Positions 1 through 8,551 of a stretch of 8,630 nucleotides of DNA are shown piece after piece; within the stretch, counting starts at the first letter, position 1, and each line of letters starts with the position of its first letter. The stretch spans positions 1-8,630 of the forward strand of contig JADGIF010000434.1 of NCBI GenBank assembly GCA_018985225.1, given 5' to 3'. The notes beneath the pieces are model-generated. The model ran no database searches. It had not been told where the DNA came from and saw nothing but the letters and a program-made list of their open reading frames with translations. Both the position numbers and the translations under genes were made by a program. This stretch comes from Amoeboradix gromovi X-113 (lineage: Eukaryota; Fungi; Sanchytriomycota).

Positions 1-512
1 GGTATCTCCCCAAGTTGTCTACACTTGAGAAGTGTGGGGGTTGGAAATCTTCACATTTAACGTAGGCGCTGTGACATTTTCAAAATTTGTCAACACCAAA
101 CAATATATTATCTTTACCAAGAATGAATATATTACATATCTCAGTGGGATTAGAGTGATTAGACAAGCCATGCTAAATAAAATTATTATTTTTTATATCG
201 TGGGACCTCATATCGCAAATAAGCAGTCTTTTTATATTTTTAATCCTAAATACTGGATCGAATCAAAACAAACGGGACAAATTCTTTGATAAGTATTTTG
301 GGGATAGTGGCAATGACAATCTAAGCCAGTGTACCGGCTGGGATAAATATATGAATTAACCTTGTAATGGTACTTGAGCCATTATACTTTCATGGAGCAA
401 CGCTTAAAGATCAACATGGCAAAACAGCCGGATTAGAACAACTTGCTTTCTGCATTAGTATAAGTGATAGATATTGAATCTCTTTGCTCGATTGGTTTCC
501 CTGAGACATTTT

Positions 513-2688
513 ATGGGCGACTCTCTCGTATTCTTAGTGTCCCATCGAATGAAAAGGCCAGAGCCAGTTTCAAAAATTCAACTTGATATCAAAATGGATG
601 CTATCACTGGATATCTTCTAGAATCCAAAAAGCCGAAGACGGTAAATGTAACAGGAATTTATAGATTATATTCCGAAAAGTTAAGCAATACTAGTGCGTT
701 TTATGGAGATTCTTATTCATTAGGTTATGGATATGATCATAAAATAGCCAAGAACTTTACAAGTGGTAAATTACACTGCCATTCTAAAAACTATACAGTC
801 TGCGTTAACTTTACGGAAGAACCCATTTGCTTTTTTAATGTAACAAGCGAAGTAGAAAGTGTACTGGAGGTGAGTGCAATTAACTCAACTTCGAACGTCT
901 CAGACTGTAATCCTCTAAATTACGAAAACATGCACTATTCAATATTGAATAGGAATGGCAGTATATACACATTAGGCGGGTTTGCCTCTAACAGTTTTTT
1001 TAATGGTACATCAGTTATTATTGGAAATACTCCTCTTAACTTTACCAGTCCCAGTAGATATCTTCATGATATTCTTCAAGTGAATGGGACTGACGTGCTA
1101 ATTGGGGGCCAAATGCAATTCCTTTCACCTACAGGAGATGTTGCTCTCTGGGACTACAAATACTTTACTCAGACTGAAAACTTTGCGAGTAATATTTCCG
1201 TGCTGCAGAACAATTCCTGGAAATCTATTTATTCATTTGATGGATACTACTCATATCTGGTTACAAATGATATCCTCTATATAGCTAACACGTTGGATGG
1301 ATTGTATAATGTTTCAATTGTTCAAAAAAATGATGATTTTGAGTTGAACCTGAATCCAAAACTGTCAAATGTACCTTACGGAATCATATACGGAATTGCA
1401 CAGTCTACTGCCAATGAAGATTTTTTGATAGTATTCATGTCTGATATTTGGTACTATTCTAAAAGATCTAAAATATGGTTTAGAACAAACATAAAATCTC
1501 CTACCTCGTACTATACACAATATTTTGCATACAAAAACTATACAATCGGACAGATCAAATCTCCATACCGATTCGGTACGTCTATTAACCCGAATAACAA
1601 TGTTTCTGCTTACTTTATACTGGACGAGGATTGTCTTGCAATGGAAACGGTAGACATCATCCCAAAAAGAGGATCGAGGCTGTTTAGTTATAATAACACG
1701 CTTTACGAAGGACCGGGTAGAAGACTTTTCAACTACTTCAACTCCTCTAATGAGATCTCGTTTTCCAAGTCACCAAATAATAACTGCACGACATGTACTT
1801 AATTCTAACTTAGTTGATTACTGCAATCTTCAGTATGAGTGTATTTCGTGCGTAGACACTCCTGGATGCACATGGCTACAAGATCAATGCACATCAGGAC
1901 CTATGAACAGTTTTAATCTTCAGACTAGAGATGCTGCCCCCACCTGTCCCAAGCATAAATCCATACGCACAAATACGCGATATGAGCTGACTCTGCCTTC
2001 TGATGGATTGTGGGTGAGAGTCGATATGCTAAATGACACCTGTTCTGATATTTACATTCAATCCCGATATTCAAAACCGGTTGAATTATATTTACAAAGT
2101 ATTCCTTACTTTTTGAGAAAGGACAGAGTTCCTATTATCTTGGAACCAGAGATTTCTATCACTCTTAGAGATCTAAGATGGTACATTGGCCCTTTGTTTT
2201 TTAAATTAAGCCATAACCAATCCGAACCTATTCTCGGTGACTTCAGAATCCAGTTAGTATCTAACCCATCATATTGCAAAGATGGAGGTACAATCGAGTT
2301 GGTGCTGCTTGGCATTCTGAGTACATTGTTGATTGTTTTGCTTGGTAGCATGATTTTTATTGGTATACGCTATACGCAACTTCGGAACCGCAATCATGAG
2401 GAAGTTAATGATGAACCTCCACCCCCAAATGTGACTCAATATTCAATATCTCTGGCAAACAACAGGGTTCGCTTAATAACGACGCTTGATGACTACTCGA
2501 ATGTTGATACAGCCACAGAAGAAGCCAGGCTGCTTCCACTCTCCTGTACTGCCTACGGCGGTGCTCATTCTCTAAATTTCATCATCCGCAAACCTACTCT
2601 TAGCAGCAAACTGCATGACAAATTTTCATTTGGTCGTTCTTTATGGATTGACAAAAGATTCAAGAAATACAAGGACTTAATAAACTAG
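513..2688 (+). CDS. Single-pass membrane glycoprotein, attractin/MEGF8-like (propeller-like ectodomain, PSI-like domain, TM helix, cytoplasmic tail); two exons join(513..1794,1814..2688); 5' end uncertain
   Basis: Removing 1795..1813 joins the 474..1802 frame to the 1750..2688 frame (..NNNCTT-F-DYCNLQYECISC..), giving 718 aa from ATG 513 or 691 aa from ATG 594. The ectodomain has many N-x-S/T sequons (NVT, NTS, NFT, NYT, NST, NGS, NGT) and hydrophobic-GG motifs (SIYTLGGF, DVLIGGQ) typical of kelch/propeller blades. A PSI-like pattern CNLQYECISCVDTPGCTW..C..C lies at 1822..1947, and the TM segment LVLLGILSTLLIVLLGSMIFIGI at 2299..2367. No clear signal peptide follows the in-frame ATGs, so the true start is uncertain. 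The family call is inference. Confidence 0.7.
1795..1813 (+). other. 19-nt spliceosomal intron (GTACTTAATTCTAACTTAG)
   Basis: GT donor at 1795, branch-point consensus CTAAC at 1805..1809, TAG acceptor at 1811..1813. It contains the TAA that ends ORF 474..1802, and its length (3n+1) is exactly what is needed to shift into the frame of ORF 1750..2688. Confidence 0.8.
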
Positions 2689-2703
2689 TGAATTTAATTT
2701 ATT
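2679..2703. terminator. Pair of putative AATAAA polyadenylation signals overlapping the ends of two convergent CDSs
   Basis: A + strand AATAAA at 2679..2684 lies just before the TAG (2686..2688). A - strand AATAAA at 2703..2698 includes the RPA1 TAA stop and is followed directly by ATTAAA. Function is inferred; these hexamers are common in AT-rich DNA. Confidence 0.4.
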
Positions 2704-5700
2704 CTGTGGCAACCATTATATCGAATGATCCTGTGCCACCTCCAGCTACGTCTCCCAATATCAGTCTTGAAGACGGACTCTTTCCGTCATCAGACCCATT
2801 AAATAGCACCGCATCCTGTAGCACTTGACATGTGGTCTCAAAAGACATCTTCAACATCGCGCTGGGATGCCTGCTTAGCCCATTCCTATTAAATGCTTGA
2901 AATCCTCCTTCCCTTGTCATATAATCTGCTATGAGATACAAATGCCTAATGTCCACAGATATGCCATATACATCAAACACCTGTGATATTTCAGTTACTA
3001 TCGCCTGTCTAGCTGCTTCTACACCATATACGTTTAGCACAGATACAATATCATTCGTGTATATATCGTTGATGTTTATATAGTCCAAAAAAGACCACAG
3101 TGCTTTTATATTGCTCCCTTCTATCACAACGATGTCCTCTTGTTTAACATTCTTACTTTTGTATGCTTTAACAATTCCTGGCACTTGTCTACAAACAACT
3201 TTATGAGCTACCTTTTCCAACATAGGCATTAGTTTGAATGAACTAACAGATTTCAAAGCTTTGGTTATTACATCATCGTGAATCATCAAACTAAATTTGA
3301 AGTTGTTTCCCTTGTCTGCAAAAGAGAAATCGCTAACAAAATCATGTTTATCAATAATACGCTGCCTAACATCATCCGTATCGAGTGCCTCAACATCAAT
3401 TTTCTCGTATTCCCGAAATACTGGTCCAGATTCATCATCGACATTTAGCTCTAGATCTGCTACGTCATCATCATCATACTCTACTTGATCCTGCTGCAAG
3501 TTTTCATCCGGTTTATTTGATTGAACTACATCCATTTCATTGTCCGATATATCTTGTACTTGCTCTATTTTCTGCTCTTCGATTAATTCCTGGACCTTTG
3601 ACTTCAATGTTTTATTTATTAGTTGCAGGAGCACTGGAATATACTTGTTCTCAATTCCATCAATCACTGATTGCACCTTCAAATTATATAAATTTTTATA
3701 TTCCTTTTTACTCAGCATGTCGACACTAACGTCATAGCACCGTACTCTGTCGCTGCTAAATGTCTTATAACTTTCTTTGACTGTGATGTTAGTTATCAAA
3801 TCACTAATAAATACTTTCCTTAAATTTTTGATGAATTTATCAATCTTCTTGGACTTCGAGGCGACAATTCCAACTGACATGTTCGGTGTTTTAATATTAC
3901 CACTGGCTGTCATCAGTATTTCACGCAATCTAGGAATTCCCAGTGTAACATTCTTCATACCTACACCTGCAAAGTGAAATGTATTTAAAGTCATTTGAGT
4001 GGAAGGCTCGCCAATACTTTGTGCTGCTAATATTCCGACACTCTCGCTTGGCTCTGCCAGTGACTTCATGTACTGCATCTGCATGAAACTCTTGAAATTG
4101 GGATCATCGGAATTTTCTTGCAGTTTCTCATAGAACCTTTCACTAACACTTCCAAGGTATCTACTAGGATTATAAATAGATGTGCACGGGTCATGTTTGT
4201 GCTTTTTTTTGATAGATTTTTTCATGGTTTTTACAACATTATTCTTCAACGTCAGACCCTTAATTACATTAGCATTTGATTCATCAAATAAAGAAAGGAA
4301 ATTCGATTGCATGAATTCAAAATCAGTTAAACCATTAGACTTCACAACATCTAAGCCGTCCTCACCATACAGAAATTGAATTATCGCACCATTTCTATCG
4401 CTGGAATCCCTAACCGTGCTGTCATAAGCAATTGAAAATCCTTCCAAGTGTTTTATTAAGCAGCGCTGCAAATATCCGGATCTAGCAGTTTTAACAGCAG
4501 TATCAATCAGACCCTCTCTACCGGCCATACAGTGATAGTAATATTCTTGAGGTCTAATTCCCGATAAAAACCTGTCTGACACAAATCCACCTGCCCTAGG
4601 ATGTATTTCCTTTGATCTAAAACTAGGCAAAGACTTACCGCTGGCCATAATAGGAGGTCTTCTACCCTCTAGTTCTTGTTGACCTAAACAACAACTTATC
4701 TGACTCGCATTTACATTCGATCCCTTGGCACCAGTTCCAGTCATCAACTGAAACCCGTTTTCCGGAAAACACTTTTGTAGTCCATTAGGCAAGCAGGTGC
4801 TGATCAGCTTTGAAGTTAACTGATTATTGACCGACTTCATTAGAGAGTCCAACTCTGCTAATTTATCGTCGCTATGAATAGTGGCGTTTAATGCAGCATC
4901 TATCTGGTCATAGCTTGGTTCTAGTTGACCTGTGAACTCACGAATACCCTCTGCAGCCACCAGTAATTGATCTTGCAATATAACATTTCTTTTGCCCTCA
5001 AACTCATCCGTTAATAGTAAGTCTTCTATTCTGCATGAATGAGACTTTGAAAACAACCATTTTGATAGGCACCTACTCAGCGCGTCAAAGAAATGAGATA
5101 CCACATCAGCGCCCAAGCACTTGTACACGATGTGAACCAAACCACCTTCGCTTGCACCTATATGCTTCTTATCCAGCATACCGGTTACCAGGTTTGAATT
5201 GATAACATGAACATGACTTTCTTCAGTTTCAAATTGAGCCAATTTGGCAATTGAATCACTACAACTGGCCAACTTTCCTTGCTGCCCCTTATTTTTATTA
5301 CCACGAATAGTCCAAAGCTTGTCGTCAATCTTGCCTTTAGCTATTCCATTTACGGCCTTTTCAGAAATGTTTTTCAAAATAGTAGTAATGATTTGCTTTC
5401 CTGTCCATAATTTGCAAGGTTTAAGAATAGCAGGTGTTTCTATCTTGATTCTAGCGTTCTGGTTATTGAAAACTCCTCCCAAATACCCACACATATCGCT
5501 TTTGTTGAAAAATGAATCCTTTTGACACATTCGCACACCAGCTACAATGTGGTCCTGAATCAGACCACGAATGGGCTCCCCGCTTGTAGGAACTAGATAC
5601 TGGTGCTTGTTGGATGCAATGTTATATGCTTCACTCCTAGCTTGCTGGGATTGAAAAAAATGCATATTCATTTCATCGCCATCAAAATCAGCATTGTAAG

Positions 5701-7372
5701 AGTTACAGTTTGCATAGTGCATTCTTAGAGTCTTCTCACCCTGAAGAACTTTGACAGTATGTGCCATCATACTAGGTTTATGTAGCGTAGGTTGGCGATT
5801 CATCAACACAATGTCACCATCTCTAATATGTCTCATAACAGTCTTTGTGGAGGTATCTTGGGCTAGCATGAGCGCAATAGACTTACGCTCTTCTAGTGAT
5901 AAACTAGCCAAATGTTTCTCAGCTTTGTTAATTTTAACACTAACGGCACCAGGATGGCTATCCGGACCATTTAAAACCGCTCTTTGCATTTCCAGTATGT
6001 TATGAGCCGTAACTCTCTCTGGAAAAGTCAGCTTCTTTGCAAATACAGGAGGAATTCCAATTTCAGTTGTTTTTACAAATGGATCAGGACTAATGACCGA
6101 TCTAGCAGCAAAGTTAACCCGTTTGCCCATACAATTGCTTCTTAATAATCCTTCTTTCTTTTCCAAAATTTGTTTTAACCCTGGAAAGAGCTGCTTATTT
6201 ACACCATTAGTTGAAGATAGAGACGAATTTAGTGAAATGACCTGCTTCTGATCTATTCCTGACTCTTCTTTAGAAATTGTAACCTTAGAAACTTCCTTGT
6301 TTCCGTCATAAACCTGATTGACAAGACACTGCAAGACTAGTTGCTGTGCCAGCTGCTTAATCCCTTTTTGCTTGGGAATATCGTCACTAGCTTCGATGAT
6401 CTTACGGTATGCCATAGTTAATGGATGCTCGCTTTTGACCCCATTGAGTTCTTGCACAGGTCGGAACATAGGTGGTGCAATTAGCAATCTTTTTACAAAA
6501 AAGTTATTGTGCCAGTTAGAAGTACTGGGAAGATTATACTCGTACTTGCTATCTTCGGGAGGACAGATGGCTCTTAGCAAATTAAAATCTACTTGGACCG
6601 TATCAAATAAAATTCCCAAAATAAACGTTCCAACGCCTTTACTTTTTTGGCAAAAATTCATCATCTCTAAAGGAGTTATTATCCTACTTGATTCGCCCGT
6701 ATTGTACAGCGTTACCTTGTACGACTGCTCAATTCTAAATTTTGCTGCTCTAGAACCACAATGAGGGCAAGACTTTCTGTTTATTGCACTATTAAGAACA
6801 TTAAGAATCATATGCTTCTTCTTCAATGGTACATTCATATGTTTGAATCCTTTGCTTGAGTTAGACTTGCCCAAAATATTCCAAAATAATCTATTATACG
6901 CTGTTTCTGTGTCTTCTTCCACAGCTTCATCTTGCTCAATTTGCACCTCAGTCTCGTAGTCATATTCTACATCAATAAACTGTTCTGTAAGAACTTCATC
7001 GCCAACATCCAGTGCATATGCAATAAAAGCACTTTTTACCAACTCACGCTTTTTGAGCATTACGTTTTTACAAGTCCAACATAAGCTGTTACAAATCTTG
7101 ATGAAATTTGAAGTAAACATAGGGTTCAGTATCGGAACACTCAAGTCAATATGCCCAAAGTGACCAGGACATCTCAGTTCTGGTTGTTTGCATGTTTGAC
7201 ACAAATTGTCTCGTTGAGCACCCATTCTGGGATCATATAATCCATTACTTACAGCCATCCCAAAGGTGTCAAAAGAATCTCCAGTAATAATTTTGATTCC
7301 ACTTATTTTGCTGTTTTCTGCGTAAGTAGAGAATTCTACCTCACTTAATACATGGGAAACTCTCTCTTTCAT
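2699..7372 (-). CDS. RPA1: DNA-directed RNA polymerase I largest subunit (RPA1/A190), 1557 aa, intronless
   Basis: Zn-site motifs GLYDPRMG..CQTC..CPGHFGHI and CWTC..CPHC; KQILEKKEG..MGKRVNFAARSVISPDP; NRQPTLHKPSMMAH; catalytic YANCNSYNADFDGDEMN (NADFDGD at 5675..5695); bridge helix HCMAGREGLIDTAVKTARSGYLQRCLIKHLEG; trigger loop AAQSIGEPSTQMTLNTFHFAG; NVTLGIPRLREILMTAS; C-terminal MSFETT..SPSSRL..GGTGSFDI. The LEKKEG, HYANC, LQRCLIK and REILMTAS variants, an acidic expander-like insert and the lack of a heptad CTD identify Pol I rather than Pol II or III. Confidence 0.98.
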   Translation of the reverse strand: MKERVSHVLSEVEFSTYAENSKISGIKIITGDSFDTFGMAVSNGLYDPRMGAQRDNLCQTCKQPELRCPGHFGHIDLSVPILNPMFTSNFIKICNSLCWTCKNVMLKKRELVKSAFIAYALDVGDEVLTEQFIDVEYDYETEVQIEQDEAVEEDTETAYNRLFWNILGKSNSSKGFKHMNVPLKKKHMILNVLNSAINRKSCPHCGSRAAKFRIEQSYKVTLYNTGESSRIITPLEMMNFCQKSKGVGTFILGILFDTVQVDFNLLRAICPPEDSKYEYNLPSTSNWHNNFFVKRLLIAPPMFRPVQELNGVKSEHPLTMAYRKIIEASDDIPKQKGIKQLAQQLVLQCLVNQVYDGNKEVSKVTISKEESGIDQKQVISLNSSLSSTNGVNKQLFPGLKQILEKKEGLLRSNCMGKRVNFAARSVISPDPFVKTTEIGIPPVFAKKLTFPERVTAHNILEMQRAVLNGPDSHPGAVSVKINKAEKHLASLSLEERKSIALMLAQDTSTKTVMRHIRDGDIVLMNRQPTLHKPSMMAHTVKVLQGEKTLRMHYANCNSYNADFDGDEMNMHFFQSQQARSEAYNIASNKHQYLVPTSGEPIRGLIQDHIVAGVRMCQKDSFFNKSDMCGYLGGVFNNQNARIKIETPAILKPCKLWTGKQIITTILKNISEKAVNGIAKGKIDDKLWTIRGNKNKGQQGKLASCSDSIAKLAQFETEESHVHVINSNLVTGMLDKKHIGASEGGLVHIVYKCLGADVVSHFFDALSRCLSKWLFSKSHSCRIEDLLLTDEFEGKRNVILQDQLLVAAEGIREFTGQLEPSYDQIDAALNATIHSDDKLAELDSLMKSVNNQLTSKLISTCLPNGLQKCFPENGFQLMTGTGAKGSNVNASQISCCLGQQELEGRRPPIMASGKSLPSFRSKEIHPRAGGFVSDRFLSGIRPQEYYYHCMAGREGLIDTAVKTARSGYLQRCLIKHLEGFSIAYDSTVRDSSDRNGAIIQFLYGEDGLDVVKSNGLTDFEFMQSNFLSLFDESNANVIKGLTLKNNVVKTMKKSIKKKHKHDPCTSIYNPSRYLGSVSERFYEKLQENSDDPNFKSFMQMQYMKSLAEPSESVGILAAQSIGEPSTQMTLNTFHFAGVGMKNVTLGIPRLREILMTASGNIKTPNMSVGIVASKSKKIDKFIKNLRKVFISDLITNITVKESYKTFSSDRVRCYDVSVDMLSKKEYKNLYNLKVQSVIDGIENKYIPVLLQLINKTLKSKVQELIEEQKIEQVQDISDNEMDVVQSNKPDENLQQDQVEYDDDDVADLELNVDDESGPVFREYEKIDVEALDTDDVRQRIIDKHDFVSDFSFADKGNNFKFSLMIHDDVITKALKSVSSFKLMPMLEKVAHKVVCRQVPGIVKAYKSKNVKQEDIVVIEGSNIKALWSFLDYININDIYTNDIVSVLNVYGVEAARQAIVTEISQVFDVYGISVDIRHLYLIADYMTREGGFQAFNRNGLSRHPSAMLKMSFETTCQVLQDAVLFNGSDDGKSPSSRLILGDVAGGGTGSFDIMVATE

Positions 7373-7430
7373 TACGTTTTTCCCTAACTCCTCTAAAATG
7401 TATAAATCAAAAATGACGCGTTTTAGGAAA
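7373..7430 (-). promoter_or_regulatory. Putative RPA1 proximal promoter with a TTAGGG motif (7387..7382) and an ACGCGT palindrome (7416..7421)
   Basis: It lies immediately upstream of the RPA1 ATG and both motifs are read directly from the sequence. TTAGGG is bound by Tbf1/Teb1-type Myb factors, and ACGCGT is the MCB box in ascomycete yeasts. Function here is not shown. Confidence 0.3.
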
Positions 7431-7643
7431 GTATACTACCTGTAAAGAACATGTTTTCTTATTCCGAAGTTTAAAACAAACAAGTATTGGTAGCAACCAA
7501 GTATTATGCAAAATTTGGGAAATCGCTACTTGGCTAGTTTTACCTATTTGGATAATTGTTTTACAATTTTGAAGAATTGAGACGTCGAATTTCATGAAAA
7601 CTGTGCTGTTCGCGGCTGCATATAGAATTAATTCTTCAATCTC

Positions 7644-8551
7644 ATAAAACCACACCATTTTAGGGAAGATAAGCCCTTATTTCAGTGCGTTAAAACTAGC
7701 ATCAAGAGCGTCATTGTCAAGCTCACTCAAGCAACTCTGCTCACAAACTGAATCATGACTTACGGCTTCCACTTGATTAACTGCTGTGAAGCTGGAGATA
7801 ATCTACCTGCCATCTACAAGACTTTTCAACGGTCATATGAAGATAATATGCAATAAAACGGAAAACGGAGCTCCAAAGACTGAAACTCAATGCTGAAAGC
7901 AACGCTCTCAGAATTGTACCAAACCCTCAAAACCTCTGATGATGGTATCCTATATTAACGCCACATTAATACAGTGCTTGACTTCATGGCTATCGAGGTG
8001 GTTATCAAGTATGAAAAGAACATTAAGTAGCGCTTCTGGAAGTACATTGAGAGGTTTGTCAATATTGTGTTACAAGAACCAGATTGAAGCCATAAAGGCT
8101 GGTGACGATACAGCAGAGCAGAAAAGTAACAAATCAATACCCTGTGTCACGACCTTCAGAAGGTGAAGGATATCCGCAGTGTTAGCGACCCAGGACATCA
8201 GATTTACAGTACCGCGTCTGGATAGATACTGAACGAGCCATTTCCATGCCGCAGCCAGCACTGAAACAAGAGAGCGTCTAATACGATGCACAATGCACAC
8301 CGCCAGACTAATACCTTCATGCTATATATAATGAGTAAAGTAGAAGAGCCTAGAAACACCATCTACAATGTTTCTCACTGTGAAGTGAGATCATCCGCGA
8401 ACACTTTCAGCTAGATGTTACATCTCTGGTATACCTTCTTTTCAAAAAAGGAAATTGGAAGAGAAACCAATAGACGGCAAAGAGTGCTCTGAAAGAAGAG
8501 CTGGGAGATGTATGAAGCTTTGTAAAGAGCCACACAACGTGTTTTCATAGA
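7644..8551 (+). pseudogene. Degraded Fanzor1/TnpB-like transposon-encoded nuclease gene (N-terminal REC/WED portion); may continue to or beyond 8630
   Basis: Manual frame-hopping translation gives colinear blocks: EDKPLFQCVKTSIKSVIVKLTQATLLTN*IMTYGFHLI..NLPAIYKTF (7665..7826); NGHMKIICNKTENGAPKTETQ (7828..7890); MLKATLSELYQ..*RHINTVLDFMAIEVVIKYEKNIK*RFWKYIERFVNIV (7890..8069); YKNQIEAIKAGDDTAEQKSNK (from 8071); INTLCHDLQKVKDI (from 8133); QYRVWIDTERAISMPQPALKQESV*YDAQCTPPD* (8207..8311); MLYIMSKVEEPRNTIYNV (from 8319); FSL*SEIIREHFQLDVTSLVYLLFKKG..LKEELGDV*SFVKSHTTCFHR (8372..8551). The order and content match my recollection of Fanzor1-type proteins of giant viruses and eukaryotes (K.S.KS, LDY....Y.NNIK.H...Y..R.VN, YYD..C.P.DY, FP.R..I.P.H...D...L). 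No search was run, and the RuvC catalytic motifs are not visible in the window. Confidence 0.7.

Noticed and set aside
32-289. 85-aa ORF with a GTG start
   Set aside because: Non-ATG start in a eukaryotic context and no recognisable motif; consistent with chance in AT-rich DNA.
293-654. Other short GT..AG candidates (293..307, 307..325, 370..397, 458..470, 642..654)
   Set aside because: They lack a properly placed CTAAY branch point or are implausibly short (13 nt), and I found no combination giving a clean open frame from an ATG.
980-994. GTTTGCCTCTAACAG as a second, 15-nt intron
   Set aside because: It is in frame and stop-free, so no splice is needed. It has a weak donor and overlaps the propeller-like TLGGF motif.
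1750-1813. ATG 1750 as the start of an independent second gene, or a programmed ribosomal frameshift between the two ORFs
   Set aside because: There is no signal peptide after ATG 1750 and no slippery heptamer at the overlap. A canonical GT-CTAAC-AG intron explains the frame change exactly.
1102-2351. ORFs 1102..1284 (+) and 2106..2351 (-)
   Set aside because: Alternative-frame or antisense shadows within the membrane-protein gene.
3297-6764. Eight short + strand ORFs inside RPA1
   Set aside because: Antisense shadows of the RPA1 coding sequence with no recognisable motifs.
2699-7372. Stop-codon reassignment (e.g. TAA/TAG read as Gln) as an explanation for the broken frames
   Set aside because: RPA1 runs 1557 codons without an internal stop, uses CAA/CAG for Gln and ends in TAA right after the conserved C-terminal motif. 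The breaks in the relic include all three stop codons plus frameshifts.
7382-7665. TTAGGG/CCCTAA as a telomeric repeat
   Set aside because: Only isolated single hexamers, with no tandem array.
7407-8300. ORFs 7407..7658 (-), 7939..8166 (+), 7955..8137 (-) and 8070..8300 (-) as standalone genes
   Set aside because: No recognisable products. Only the part of 7939..8166 from about 8071 to 8133 fits the Fanzor-like frame; the rest are shadows or spacer sequence.
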